64,000 bases of DNA from the human T2T-CHM13v2.0 reference genome, Homo sapiens (GCF_009914755.1 NC_060942.1), one strand, 5' to 3'. Numbered from the stretch's first letter, positions 27,134 through 42,800 are shown. The notes: generated by a model from the letters alone, not told the origin. Made by a program: numbers and translations.

Positions 27134-28589
27134 AGGGGGAGTGTGCTTACTCTATCTTCCCTGGAGTCAGAGCCTCTGTTCTTGTTTTTATCATTTTACT
27201 TGGTTTAAGTTGCTTTTTTTGTTTTTTTTTCCCCCCTAGTTTATTAAGGTGGATGATTAGATAATTCATTTTAAATATTCTCTTTTACTATAGCTATTGA
27301 AAGGAATGGTACATCTGGGCTTCAGTCGTGCTTTCCTGTTGTTTTCTATTTTTTCCCTTCACATTTATGTGCTTAAAATCCTGCAGTTTTCATAGCTCTT
27401 TCTTCCACATGTGTCAGCTTCATCTTCCAGCTGATGCAGCATTTCCTAGCATCATAACCATTCACAGTAACATGTGGGAATAGGACGATATCATCTGTAT
27501 GTCTCTTTTTTTTTTTTTAGAAGAAAGCAAGCTTTTCCCAGAAGTCAGGGGGCAGGCTTCTCCTGATGTCTCATTGGCCTGGATTGGGTGAAATACTCAT
27601 TCCTAAACCAAAAGCAGGCAAGTGGAATTGTTTTTGTTTTAATTTTTTTTCTTTTTAAAAAGATGGGGTCTTGCTTTGCTGCCCAGCTGGTCTTGAACTC
27701 CTGAGCTTAAGCAATCCTCTGGTCTTAGCCTCCCAAAGTGCTAGGATTACAGGTGTGAGCCACCATGCCTGGCCCACAGGTGGAATTGGATGATCATGAT
27801 TGGCTTGGACTAATCATTTGGGGTAGAAAAAGTATTAAGAAGTCAAACCGTAAAACCACCTAGGTGACAAGACTGGTAATAGCCAAAAAATTAAAAAAAA
27901 TTAATAGGCTGATCCAGTTCTGATGCAGCACATTAACATGTCCAAATGGAGATATTCTACCTAGAATCCTGACAACTACTTCTAAGATGGATAGACTGGA
28001 GCCCCCAAAGCTATATAGGAAAAGATACCAAATGTCTATGTGGTTGATCATTAACTATGACACTAGAGTCCACACCTTATGTAAGCTGTCTCTCAATGTC
28101 ATTGTCACCTTTGCATAAAAATGACCCTTCAGTTGAAGACAAACCATTTAGATTCAAACACAACTAAGATTAATACACCCAGACAATAAGGTACATCCAT
28201 TGAGCAAAATCTCAGGAATCAGCAAAGTAATTAAACATATAGATTTATATAAGAAAATAATTTTGAGTCTAAGAAATTACAACCAATTTTTATATTATTT
28301 CCTAGCCATTCAGGATTTGTGGCCTATATGGTCCATTTGAACATTCTTCCAGGGCTCCTTGGATAATCTCATCATCCCCTGTCCTCAATGTTTAGTGGCA
28401 AAGGGAACATTATTTGGGCTTACAGTCAGTCAGTCCTTTCACCAAGGACATCTGGATTTTATCTTTCAGATTCTTTGCTTTTGAATAACATTCATTCCAC
28501 AGGATTTTCTTTTCTTTGCTAGAATATAAGCTTTATTATGGCAGGGATTATAAAAAAGCAGCTTCATTTTTGTTTCTTCCAATGCTTTT

Positions 28590-29515
28590 GTTTTTCATTG
28601 TGATAAGATATACGTAACAAAAATTTATCATTTTAACCATTTTTAAGTGTACAATTCAGTGGTGTTAAGAACATTTGTAATGTTATTCAACTATCACTTT
28701 ACATTTCCAGAACTTTTTCATGATTTTAACAGAAACCATGTATCCACAATAACTTCCATTCCCCCTTTCCTCTAGCCCCTGATAATCATTATTTGACTTT
28801 ATGTCTTTATGAATTTGCCTATTCTAGTTACCTCAAATAAGCAGAATCACATTTGCCCTTTCATGTCTGGCTTATTTCACTTAGCATAGTGTTTTTAAGG
28901 TTCATCCTTGTAGCATGTATCAGAATTTCATTTGTTTTTATGGCTGAATAATACTCTGTTGTATGTCTATACCAAATTTTGTTTATTCATTCATATGTAG
29001 ATGGTCATTTGTGTAGTTTCCACCTTTTGGTTATTTCAAATAATGCTGCTATGAACATTGGCATACAGATACCTGTTTGAGTCTCTGCTTTCAGATCTTT
29101 TGAATATATACATAGAAGTGGAATTACTGGATCATATGAGAATTTTGTTTAACTTTTTGAGGAACCACCAAACTGTTTTCCATAGCAGCTACACCATTTT
29201 ACATTCCTAATGGCAATGTGCAAAGGTTCCAATTTCTCCTCATCTTTTCCAATACCTGTTTCTTTTTAAAATAATAACCATCCTAATGGTTGTGAAGTGG
29301 TATCTCATTGTGCTTTTGATTTGCATTTCCCTAATGATTAGTGACATTGGCCATCTTTTCATGTGTTTATTGGCCATTTAGGTATCCTCTTTGAGAAGTG
29401 TCTATTCATGACCTTTGCCCATTTTTGAAATTTCTGTTGTTGTTGAGTTGGAGGGGTTCTTTATATATTCTAGATAGTAATCCCTTATCAGATATATAAT
29501 TTTCAAATATTTTTG
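28590..29515 (-). mobile_element. L1MA/L1MB 3' end
   Basis: ACCATTTTTAAGTGTACAATTCAGTGG, GCTGCTATGAACATT, TTTGCATTTCCCTAATGATTAGTGA motifs. Confidence 0.85.
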
Positions 29516-29754
29516 TTCCACAAGTATTTGAGTGCCTATTATGGGCCACGTACTGTGCCAGATGCTTGGGAAACAATGGTAAATGAGGCAGCTTATGCTC
29601 TCAGGCAGCATGAAATAGTGGAGTCAATACAGAAATAGATATAATCTCCATTTAGCAGGGCAAAAAGTTATCACATTGCTTCTCAAATAAGCAAAGGAAA
29701 ATGTAGTTTATTTTTTATAACTGATAATCTTTTTTCTTGAATCCTTGCCCCATT

Positions 29755-29770
29755 GGGTGGGTGGGTGGGT
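29755..29770 (+). repeat. (GGGT)4 G-quadruplex motif
   Basis: GGGTGGGTGGGTGGGT. Confidence 0.85.
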
Positions 29771-31278
29771 GGTGAAAGAGCTGAATTAAATTGCTATATT
29801 TAGTTATTATGAAATTGAATTATTCAGTCCATTTTAAGTTCAACTCCCTCTCATGGCTATTTCTCACTCTGCCCTTTTCTGCCACCTGCTTGGGAAGGTG
29901 AGGGGGGCATACATTCCCTGTGATGAGGTGGTGCTATGGATTAGGTGTTAGGTGGGCTTGCTGTTCTGATCTTCTCTGGTTTCTATTCTGGGCAGCTGGT
30001 CTTCTGTGGTGCTTGCTCACCAAACCTGCGGCAACAAATCATCTGTTTTTTTGGTTGGGCTGGGGGCCAGTGTCTCTTCCTTGGTGATTTGCCTCCACTT
30101 TGTTTCTAGGAAGAGCTATAGGTCCCCAGTAAGGTCTGGTGGGCCCTGCAGCTCTTAGCTACAGGATCCACAAGGTTACTTGCTCAACTATCCCAACTTT
30201 CCAGCTCTATAGTCAGCTATTTTCCAAGGTTCCCACTGGGCACAGAGAACTGCCGTATCTCTTTCAAGCCACATACTAGCTGATAGAAGCCATTTACCTA
30301 ACACTGAATGGCTGTTTTTATGAGAGTTCAGTGTTGGAGCACTAGCAGTCTGTTCAACAATTTTCCTCCCAATGCACTCAATGGCAAGGGGGCACAGCCT
30401 TCTCCCCTTGATTCTCCCCTAACCCCCTCCAAAATTCTGCAGGGTTGGGCAACAGAGGTGAAAGGACACCCTGTGCCTGACCCTCTCATTGACTCACTCT
30501 TCCCAGGACTAGGAGAGCCTTAAAAATTTTTCTTTTTGCTACTCCATAACTTTTTCCATCCCAAGGTGTCATTTATTCTCCTCTTCCTTGCAGCCATACT
30601 TGTAATTTAATACTTTAAAAATATTTTATTTCATGAGATAAATGTAATGGTAAGGATAAGAACAGACTGATATGCAATTAACATAAGAGTGTGGTGGTGC
30701 TCTCCAACCTACTCTTTGGGTGTTAGGGAAGAAGTGGTACCTAAACTAAAACATGAAGAACACACAGGAATTAGGTAACATGTGAAAGCTAGATAGGAGT
30801 TCAAAAGGAGTACATGGAAAGGTCCAAAGGCTAGAGGACTTCTGATATTTCAAAATGGCTGAAGCATAGAGGCAATGGCAAGAGCTGAAGCTGAAGTGGT
30901 AAGCTGTGGTCAGATCACAAAGAGCCTTAACAATCTTGTTTAGCAGTTCTGACTTTATCCTAAAACAAGGGAAAGCCTATGTCTTAGACAGGGAAAGGGC
31001 ATGATAAAATGTATGCCTTAGCAAGATTACTCTGGTTGAGAGATGAATGCATATGAAGAGGGGAAAGTTAAGGGCCACATAATTCCCCTCACTCAGGGAC
31101 TAGCCACCATCTTGAATTTTGCCAGTGTAAGCTGGAAAAATATAGGGTAGGAGGCAGGGTCACAACAGCATATTTAAGTGTTGAAGGGATGGATGCAGAA
31201 GGAAGGCAGAGAGTGAAGAAATAGAAGAGAGGAAGAATGACTGGCAGTCAAGGCCTTTCAGAGGTGAGAATGCTGAGG

Positions 31279-31353
31279 CTCAGAGGGGAGAGACCCCTCT
31301 CTCATTCTCAGACGGGGGAGAGGCCCCTCTCTCATTCTCAGAAGAGGGAGAGG
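31279..31353. repeat. Short tandem repeat, about 30-bp unit x2.5
   Basis: CAGA.GGGGAGAG.CCCCTCTCTCATTCT repeated. Confidence 0.8.
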
Positions 31354-32049
31354 AAATGATGGGTAAAGTGTAAATAATTTGGCAAATTTAGTCATAGGAA
31401 CTTGTAAGAGTTCTTATCTTTTTTTCCTTTAATGCAGGAAGCAAAAGATAGTTGTCTGCCCGTAAGGAGGAAGGTGGCAAAGGATTAGTATGGCAAACAC
31501 GGTTGGCTAACCCAATGTCGTCCTCAACCCCCATCTGGCCTGCTTTCCCTCTAGAGGTTGAAAACGCTTGCCCTAACAGACACAGTTGCAACAGGGAAAC
31601 ATAAGCCAGATTTTGCTAAGGTTTTTGGAAAGCTTTTTGCTTAGCATGGCTGTCTTTCTCCTTTCTTCCTGACTTAATCCTAGTTCCTAGAGCTGTGACA
31701 GCTCTCTCGAAAATCGGACAAAATAGCATGAGGTAAAGTTAGACCAGTCGTCATTCCAGCTGCAGATTGAGAGCCAGCAACCCACCTTCCAGATTTCAGG
31801 TTGAAAATTCCTATTTGTTTAAACCACCAAAGATGGATTTTGCATCCAGAAGCATTCCTAACACAAAGGCTTGCTGTTTTAAGCCACTGTTGTAAGGACA
31901 GTGATGAACATTTGACTTGGTCTCTGAAGAGAATGGGAGTGGTAAACAAAAACAAACAAAAACAAACAAACCATATAGGATTATTGGTAATCTTGAAGGC
32001 CCAGATGAAGTGAAAGCCAGAAAACAATACCAATTTCATTTTGGAGTAT

Positions 32050-33829
32050 TTACTATCCCTGAAAATTAATATAATGGGGGTGCTAATGCTAATTTTTAAA
32101 ACCAAGGTTAGCTCAATGAATTCTCCTTTTATATAAACTAGTACCATTCACTCATTAGGATACCTACATAACTGCAAAATAATTCAAAGTACACAGAGAC
32201 ACCCTTTAAAGATTCATCATATACTTAGACGATATGATTCATACCACTTTCCTGTGGAAACACTCAAATTATTCACAATAAATAGAATGCAATCTTACAA
32301 AGTTGATGGCAGCACCAAGTGAAGATGGGTGCTTCCTTCAAAATACTTGATTTAGATTCTGCCATCTTATTCACATAGAACCTAAGAAACTCTTTCCGTA
32401 ATTAAGCAGTAATTCACAATATATACATCTCTGAGGCACTTGTTGTTTCAATAGATGGTTTGTTCCTCTCCGTAATTACAAAGACAATGAGCCCCAAATA
32501 AAAAGTATCCTACATTTTTAGTGACTCAAGATACACACAACTCAATATAAAATTCATATTCACTAGAGCTACAAATCATAATCACTATCAGAAAATTCTA
32601 TAATAAAATTTACATTCACTTCTCCTCCTACTAATCTTACATTTATCAGCATACTAACTAAGCAGAGTGTGGTAATTCCACATATTTGGAGCTCCTCTAA
32701 GCCAGTTTCTGGAGATACTCTAAGATATGGTTGGATTTTCTGAGAATGAAATGTTTTATACTTTATGAGGAACCCAACCAGACAAAGAAGTTTACTATGA
32801 GTCTCTTCCCTTATTCCAAGGACTTTGATTTCTGATGTTTGCCTCCATATTGTGTAACTGTAGCACCATGGAAAACACAATACATGTATTATTGTAGTAA
32901 CATTACAGAGTTTTATCAAGAATCTCTGGAAAATAGATAATTTTGTTGTTTGTATACTGTCAGAATAATTTTAATAATGTACGATTCAGTAATTTTATTT
33001 TTAAACAGGGAATCTGGCTGAATTAAATGCAGGTAAAACATAGTTACTCATATCCCATAGATAAGCCAAATAAGATATCCCATAAATGTCTTAAAACTTA
33101 TAAACTATAATGGTTAGGTTCAACAATTGTTTATAAGGGACTGCAGTGGACCCTTTAAATTGAACTTCAGTGATTTGTCCATATGTACAAGAGCATCAAA
33201 ATCCAGGGTCTCATTTCATGACAGCGTGTCTAGAAACTCATCTTACTAAGAATACAGAAGACTCTGAAAAGGTTGTCTTGTGATGCTTGAAACATATTCA
33301 TAGTTGATTTATGCCAGAAAAGGGGACACTGAAAGTATTGTCATCAGCAGTTACGGGCTTCCTCTTCCAGTTAAGCTGTGGTACATCTCTCCGACACACA
33401 CTGTACTTGACAACACTTGTGGTACATCAGTCTTGTTTGACAATTTTGTTCATCTCCCTTTTTTCTTTATATTAAGATGATCATCCATCTTACAGAAGCA
33501 CCCATAGATTAATATTGTTATGAAAACATTCCTTATGTTTAGCTGACTCCTTGTAGACAAGCAGTCATTTTCATGTTTCCATTGACTTATTTCCAAATTA
33601 CATTGCAAAGGAGATTATTTTTTTCCAACACGGGAAATTAACTTGATATTAATAGTATGGAGGCTCTTGTGTGCTTTCATAAGATAAGGCCTTTATTTAT
33701 CTGCCTCCTGAAAGTGACCTGGGGCACTTCAGCCTAGTCTTGAAGTACATATTCTTTTGGGCCTCTGCAATCGCATGTTCATATTTTGAATCTAGTAACA
33801 GAAGACAAAATAGGAATTTATTTTTATTT

Positions 33830-33864
<35 letters not shown>

Positions 33865-34564
33865 TTTTAAAGACGGAGTCTTGCTCTGTCTGAGCAGTTC
33901 AAGCAATTTTCCTGCCTCAGCCTCCCTAGTAGCTGGGATTACAGGTACACGTTGCCATGCCTGGCTAATTTTTTGAATTTTAGTAGAGACGGGGTTTCGC
34001 CGTGTTGTCCAGGCTGGTCTTGAACTCCTGAGTTCAGGCAATCTGCCTGCCTCGGCCTCCCAAAGTGCTAGGATTACAGGCATGAGCCAACCGCACCCAG
34101 CCAGGAATTCTTTTTGAGTGCTTTAATTTTTGGTCTTTAGAATTCTAGTGCTCAAGTTATGAAATGGAGGAGAATGTCTATTTTTACACTGAGTAACTCA
34201 CACATTCCTTCTCAATGAGGGAAAAAACATACTTGTCTAAAAAGATATATACTAATTCATTATATGTGTTAATAATGAAAATAGTAGAACATGTCTGAGA
34301 ATGCCTTTTCAAGGCCTGCATAGGGATGGAAATCTGAATTAAGCTTTGGAATTGCAAACGTCAGAATTGAGACTGCATTGATAAGCAGAAAAGCAAATAA
34401 TGCTGACCTGAGATCTTCAACCTTCTCTCCTGTGGCTTTCATGAGTCTTGAAAGGAGACTGGTGCTTACTAAGACCACTGATTTGTACTAAGGAGCGTTT
34501 GCATCTGGTGTCTTCCCTTGTGCTGAAATAGCTCTGAGTAAATGCTTTGATTCCCTCATGATAC
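32050..34564 (-). other. ZNF396: ZNF396 3' UTR (end uncertain)
   Basis: AT-rich sequence downstream of the stop; candidate AATAAA (minus) at 32994-32999; contains an Alu. Confidence 0.5.
33817..34103 (-). mobile_element. AluS with internal deletion and (TTTA)n tail, in ZNF396 3' UTR
   Basis: Alu consensus with about 45 bp missing from the right arm. Confidence 0.85.
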
Positions 34565-35191
<627 letters not shown>

Positions 35192-35780
35192 CTAAACTGT
35201 AAAGTTGCAAAGTTCTATGGAAAAGACAGAATAGGGAATAAGGATAAAAAGATATGTCAGAGACTAAGGAAAGTCTGGAAGGAAAGAAAGGGCTTAGAAA
35301 GAAGAAATGATTGGAGACACAGAGAGCTAGAAGGAGAGGAATCCAATGTGCCAGTGGGAGTAACAAACAAGATTTAGTACTGGAGTATCAATAAATAAAT
35401 AAAGCTTAATATTCATAAAGGAATCAGTAACTATGCAAAGAAATGAGCTGAAGAAAGCCAAGGGGCCAAAAAGGAATGTGGAAAATAAAGTAAGAAAATA
35501 TAAGTTAGGCCAATAAAGGGAAGATTATAGACTAGGATAACTAGTACCTCAAAAGATCAAGGGTAGCAGAGTACCCACTGATGAAAAACCTCTACTCCTG
35601 TATGGATTTTATATTACTGGTTGAATCGCTGTTTGTTGTATTATTTTGTATTACATTTAACATCCATGAAAAATGTACATGGCTGCTTATGGGCTGCGGC
35701 CACTCAGGCGGCACACAAATCTGGCTTGATGCAGAGGGCCTTATGACTCAGGGTGCCTAAAGCTCCAGCAGAACTGCTAA

Positions 35781-36164
<384 letters not shown>

Positions 36165-36740
36165 CATGGTGGCATTTTAACTGAAGCTGCTGAAAGACAG
36201 GAGCTTAAAATGAGTTTATAAAAGCAAAGTACAACAGTTTTGGACATGTCTGGGGAGATGACTTGGCTGGGGCTGACTGTGACTACTGGGGGTGCCTTTA
36301 TCTGAAGTAATTATATAAATAAGATTAAAAGCAACCCAGAGAGGTACTGATGATAAGTGATTCCCTGGGCCCTCTCAAGGCCTAATGAAAAGGATAGGGT
36401 GAGAAAGGTAGTCTGGGGAGAAGAATTAGTGATGCAATGTGATACTGAATAAGAAAACTGAGTTGTTGTTTTACTCTTTAGAATTTACTTAAAATGGATC
36501 TACCTGCTGTCTCTACAATCTCCTTAGAATCACCCAACATAAGCTCAAATCTTAACATAAGCCCTTCCCAATTCCTTCTTAATGACACACCCCATAGTTT
36601 CTGTGCCGTGTTCTCTTTCTTGCTGCAGCAAACTAAATAAACCTAACTTGAAAAAATATATAAAAATCAAATCAAATGGGTCTAAATAGTTATTACAAAA
36701 GGAATTTAAAATTATTTATTGTATTTATTCACAAATATGG

Positions 36741-37162
36741 TGTCTCAGTCCATTTTCTGTTGTTTAGAATAGAATACCTGAACTTGAGTAATTTATTTAT
36801 AAAAAGAATTTATTTCTTATAGTTATGGAGGTTGAGAAGTCCAGGGTGGAGGGGTGCATCTGGTGAGAGCCTTCTTGCTGGTGGAGACCCTCTGAAGAGT
36901 CCTGAGGCAGTGGAGGGCATTTCATGGTGAGGGGGCTGAGCATGCTAATATGCTAACTCAGCCCTTTCTTCCTCTTCTTATAAAGTTACCAGTTCTCCTA
37001 TGATCACCAATTAACCCATTAATCCATGAATGAGTTAATCCATTTATGAGGGCAGGGGTGATAATTCAATTACCTCTCAAAGGCCTCACTTCTCAATACT
37101 GCCACACTTGGGATTAAGTTTCAACACAAGTTTTGGAGGAGACAAATATTCAAACCATAGCA
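36741..37162 (-). mobile_element. MST (MSTC/MSTD-like) solo LTR
   Basis: TGTCTCAGTCCATTT...CAAACCATAGCA; 5-bp TSD TATGG. Confidence 0.8.
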
Positions 37163-38807
37163 TATGGCATACTCATTTATTATTACTAGTTTAAGTGGAA
37201 ATCATTTTATAAATGGTAAGGATTCTGTCTCAAATTCATTTTTGATAGTTTATATTCCAAAGTGACCTCAATGATTAGTCATTACTATCAAAATCCTGGC
37301 ATCAATTAGTACTTTACAGTACTGAGACCAAGATCATCTCCCAGAAGCTTTCATAAGACATGACTCAGTACCACAGAAATCATGTTGTGGCCTTAAGAAA
37401 TGGTTCTATTATTCTATCAAGTGATTCTGGTTCTCTCTGCCTTGTACTGCAAGATCCTGGACCTGTTGCATTCTGTTTCAAATTTCTACGAATCTTAAAA
37501 AAAAATGTAGGAAAGGCCTCCATGAGGACATTCACAGGTAGGATGTGGTTCTTGCCACACCTGGCTTTGAGGTTGATCACTTCTGTAGTCACCACCACAC
37601 CAAGCTGCTGAGGCTGGGATGGTCTCCCTCCCTTTCCTGACGGAAAATACTTTTTCGTGAAAAGACTTTCACTTTTCTAAGTAAACCAAGACAATTTCTA
37701 GACTGGAGGTATTACGTGTCCCAGTATAAGCCTTCAGAGAGCCAGTACTTGCCAAGTTAGGGTGAACAATGTTTTCTAAATCTCTTTCTAAATTACTGTA
37801 TTTCCTTTGTGTAGTTTCTTATAAAAATTCCCTTGGAAAAACTCTAACCTTGCTTAGCTATCAGCCACTCCTGAACTATGGAAGCAGTGCTGGAGAGAAG
37901 GAAGGAGATGCTCCCAAGTAGGATTTCCCTCTTAATCTCTGGCTCCTATTTTATCCAGGATGATCATCTAGAAGGAGGGTCTCTGCTCAAATGTCGCTTC
38001 ATCAGAGAGGCCTTTCTACCACTCTATATAATAAGATCCTATCCCCACCATTCTGTTTAAAGTAGCATGACCCTTTTATCAAATGAAATTTTACATTGAG
38101 TTCCAATATATAAAACAGACGAAAACACAGCTACTCTGTCTGAAGCAGGAGCAGTCACAGCCTACAAGGCCTCTAACTCAGCCTTATTTCTACTTCTCAC
38201 CTTCCCTCTAGCCCCCTTATTCTGTTTTGTTTTTATTTTTTCCCCATAGCACTTATTTGTTTAGTATCTGCAATGGAAGAATAGATTGCTACACAGCTAT
38301 TCTGGAGCACTTATAGAAAGCAATGCAAAGAGCAGTTGAGGCCAGTTGAAGATGTGAGGGAGTAGAGAAGTGTATTCAAAGCACGTATGAGAGCAAAGTC
38401 ACCTTAGCAGCAATATAGGCGATTCTGCTACGAGATCCCACCAGTAACTGAGCAGTTATATAGGAAATGATGATGAGGATCAGTGGTCTCTGGGCTGTGT
38501 ACCTTGGGGTCCCACAGAAAGGCCTCAAGGGCTGCCTGAAGATAAAAGGGCTACTTTAAAAAGGCATGAAAACCCTGATGCAGATGTCAGGGATTTAAAG
38601 TCTGAAGATTTTATAAGAATCTCTGAAAAAGAAGCAAGAACAAAATACTGAAGATCTTCATTTAGTAGGACAAATAACAGAAGTTCCCACAGTAAGGAGG
38701 AGATGAGAGGGGGAGATTTGAGGCCTCTTGCATAAATCAGCTGAGATGTGTGTGGTGAGCAGAGGGCCCCCACACCTTCCAACATGAACTGAATCCTGCC
38801 CCCTCAC

Positions 38808-38952
38808 CATGTGGTCTTAAGGACTGAAGCTCCCATGATGCTCCCTGGAGCTGCTTCTTCACGGGCATGAGCTGGCTACTTGGCAATTCCTCAGTGATTT
38901 CTGAAGGTGCTAGCTTCTCTGCAATCATGTCCTTCCTTCGTCCAAAAAAGAT
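38808..38952 (-). CDS. ZNF396: ZNF396 exon 3 (linker)
   Basis: Acceptor TTTAG|ATC at 38953/38952, donor ATG|GTGAG at 38808/38807; IFFGRRKDMIAEKLAPSE...ASWELQSLRPH; 145 nt; homologous to ZNF24 exon 3. Confidence 0.93.
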
Positions 38953-39227
38953 CTAAAAACAGGAATAATTGAGGCTGAAGAACACCATCAGGTTGGGACT
39001 TGAGGATAAAATAACAGAGAAGAAACTATGCAAAAAGTATCATGGACACAGGAAAAGGGAGGGAAAAAGTAGAGCCACCTTCTATTTGCTGGGACACCCA
39101 TTAGTACTTTCACCCCTATACATCCAGTTGTGCTGAGTGGGAATACAGTTTGAGAGCTCTACTCCCAATGATGTGCCAGTGCTCTTGACTCAGCCTGGGG
39201 GTTCATCTCCACAGGCATCCTTCTTAC

Positions 39228-39644
39228 CTGCTTTGGTCCATCAAGCTCTCTCTCCACATCCTCCAGCATAGTCACAGTTTCCTCTCCATTCTCTGGATGA
39301 TGCTTCTGCACCCAGGCCTGAAGCTCTTTTGGGAGGATGGCCAGGAACTGCTCCAGCACCAGCAGCTCCAGGATCTGCTCCTTGGTGTGCACTTCCGGCC
39401 TCAGCCAGAGATGACAAAGTTCCCAGAGCCGGCTCAGAGCCTCATGGGGCCCAGGTGAATCCTGGTAGCCAAACTGCCTGAATTGCTGGCGGAAGGTCTC
39501 TGGGCTGTAGCTGCTGCTCCAGTGGAGGCTAGAGTCTGGATCACAGGTCTGCTCTTCCTCTTCCATCTTCTCTGTCAGAATCCCATTACACTCCTCTGAA
39601 GTTTGTGTTAGGAGTGATGATGACTTTCCCAATTTTGCAGACAT
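39228..39644 (-). CDS. ZNF396: ZNF396 coding part of exon 2 (start codon, SCAN domain)
   Basis: ATG at 39644, [10 protein letters not shown]...[47 protein letters not shown]...DGPKQ; donor CAG|GTAAG at 39228/39227; acceptor TAAG|GAGTGT at 39717/39716; 417 nt. Confidence 0.95.
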
Positions 39645-39810
39645 TTTGACAGACAAATAGCTCAGTACTGTTAGGCTTTAATCCTCAAGGAGGTGAAGCT
39701 GTCCTGATGGACACTCCTTAAATATGATTAAAGAAACAAGTGGAAAGAAGACAAAAGACAAATGCTTCTTAGAACAAAACAACTAAGATTAGAAACATAA
39801 GACTGTATAG

Positions 39811-40148
<338 letters not shown>

Positions 40149-40508
40149 CAGAAACCATGCTTTTGAAGAATACTTCTTTAAGAGAACCAAACAGCTAAGA
40201 CTCATTAATTCATATGCATAAGTGATTCACAATTCATTCTGAAAACCATGCCCACAAGGCTACTGAATATTACAATAAGAGATCAGCCAGGATTGCATAG
40301 AAGCTCCCAGATAATGGAAATAAGGGAAGCCTGAGAAATGCTCTAACTCTGGAGCCAGTTCAAAGAGCCAATCGGTATTTAGTGTGCTGCAAAGAGCTCA
40401 AAGAAATAGTCTCATGAGGGAAGCACTTTTGTGTGACTTTTTTCAGCTTTTACTGTTAAAACATTACTTCGACATTAAAGGAACCATTAAAAAAAAAATA
40501 AACCAATC

Positions 40509-40675
40509 AGCTGGGCACTGTGCTTATGCCTGAAATCCCAGCACTTTGGGAAGCCGAGGTGGGAGATGGGAGGATCACCTGAGCCCAGGAGTTTGGGACC
40601 AGCCTGTGCAACATAGTGGGACCCCATCTCTACCCCACCAAAAAAAAAAAAAAAAGAAAAACAACAACAAAAAAG
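40509..40675 (+). mobile_element. FLAM-like Alu monomer
   Basis: Left-arm monomer with A tail. Confidence 0.8.
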
Positions 40676-41075
40676 GCAATCACGTTCCTTCATCTGAATG
40701 TATTTCTATTTTTTTCCATATCCATATTACTTACTTAACTATTTTAAAATACTTAGGTTGTTTCTAATTTCACTATTATAATTAATGCTGGGAGGCACAT
40801 CTTTATGAATATACTGTTTTTCTCCTTTCAAAGTATTTCTTTCAAGCATGTCCCAAGGCCTCTGCTTGTTGAGGATCAAAGGAGAAGAGCAAATTCTGTC
40901 TTGCTATGTATTATCAAAATATTGCACAAAGACTGTATCAATTCACAATACCATCACAATCATAGTGACTTGTGAGGGCAACGATTTCTTCAAGTATTAT
41001 TAGCTCGTTAGCAACAAAGTGGGGGGGGGACGGCACTTTCCTTTGTATCATTTTACTGTTAAGTATCACCAGTAA

Positions 41076-41409
<334 letters not shown>

Positions 41410-41629
41410 TAAATTGGGCAGGAGGTATATGATAGTGTTTGTACAACTTCAGCAAATGATGACTACTTTAAAAATCTTACGTGCGCCTCCGTCTTCCATC
41501 GTTATGTATCCTGCCATTTGACTTATTTTCTCACTTCACCAAGTATTGTTCTAGGCCCTGTATAAAGCCTGTGAGTTCATAAAGTTGTTACCAAATAAAT
41601 GATACAACTTTACACAATGATGTGCTATG

Positions 41630-41850
41630 AAACAAACAATAGCAGACACACATATTAACAGAATTTACTATGTGCCAAGCACTGTTTTGAACACCTTAGT
41701 AAAAATAAACAAAGGTTAAATCCTCATAAAAGCCCTAGATTATTTTTACCCCCATGTTGTAGACGGGGAAGCAGTCACAGCAAAGCCAGGTACTCTGGCC
41801 AAGGGCAAAGCTGGGGTCTGAACCCAGGCCGTCCACATTTATCCATGGTG
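41630..41850 (-). mobile_element. MIR
   Basis: TACTATGTGCCAAGCACTGT...CCCCATGTTGTAGACGGGGAA. Confidence 0.65.
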
Positions 41851-41889
41851 CTGTGTGGTTAGAGGCCATAGGCAGCAGGGGCCCTTGTG

Positions 41890-42800
41890 GTGACCCCTGC
41901 GCGTTGTCTCAGCACAGAGGAGGAAGTGGCGGCAGGCAGCCGCGCTCCCAGATGAAGCGGGGCCAGAAGAGTCTGGGGAACAAGACCTGAGAGGTGGGAA
42001 GGGTTGAGGCCACCGGTTTGGAGCCGTCAGGTACCCTAAGGGATATATGAGGGACCCCGGGGCTAAAGCAGCCTCTGGAAGAGAGTGGCCGCCCTGTCAC
42101 TTCAGCACCAGGCGCAGAATCTGTGCTAAACCTGAGGTGAGGGTAAGGAACCCCCGACACCGCACGACAACCAGAAAGAACGTCCCTGGAGGGGAGGCTT
42201 CGATCAAAGCCTGGGACGCAGGGGTCTTTCTGCAGGGGACGCCGCTCTCGGCTCTACCCTGCTGTGGTGGGCCGGCTCTGGGAGGGCTGGCTTCCGACCA
42301 TCTCCCGACCTCCCGCGCCCACCGCGCCGCGCCGCGCGCCTCCCAGGCTGGGAACCGCCGGGGCGAAGCGGCAGGTGGCGCGGGTTCACCTGGCAGGGCA
42401 GGCGCCCGGGGTCCGCCGGGGAAGGACGAGGGGAAGGGGTGCGCGGACTCAGGGGCAGGCAGCGGAGGGGAGGGGCCTGGGGATCTGGGACGGTGTAAGG
42501 GTGCTGCACTTGCGCGCGAAGGGAGGGGTGGCGACGAGTCCGCGGCCGCCTCTCCGCGTCCCCCTTCCACCACCCGGGGACCACCGCCTCTGACCGCAGC
42601 CTGGGGGCCCTAAAGAGGCCTCGGGTCTCACCTCCCGACGCCGTCGGGGAGAAACCGGGGAACTGCCAGCTGCGCAACAACTTCCGGTTCTGGTGGCGGG
42701 TCGGGGCGGGGCCCGGAACGCGGGGACGTTGCCATGGAGAAGAGCCGCTGTGGCCGCGCACTTGGGACAGGGAAAGAGAACCGGGAGGCTCGACCGGTGG
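41890..42800 (-). promoter_or_regulatory. ZNF396 CpG island / promoter
   Basis: GC/CpG-rich; CTTCCGGT 42681-42688, GC box GGGGCGGGG near 42703, X-box-like GTTGCCATGGAGA 42728-42740. Confidence 0.9.
42632..42685 (-). other. ZNF396: ZNF396 non-coding exon 1 (5' end approximate)
   Basis: Donor GAG|GTGAGA at 42632/42631 in the CpG island, in the same position relative to ETS/X-box motifs as ZNF24 exon 1. Confidence 0.7.

Noticed and set aside
39645-39656. Upstream TTG start adding MSVK to ZNF396
   Set aside because: Artefact of alternative start codons in the ORF track; ATG 39644 aligns with the ZNF24 start (MSA)
42634-42648. CCCGAC-GCC-GTCGGG hairpin beside the ZNF396 exon 1 donor
   Set aside because: A 6-bp stem is expected by chance in GC-rich DNA
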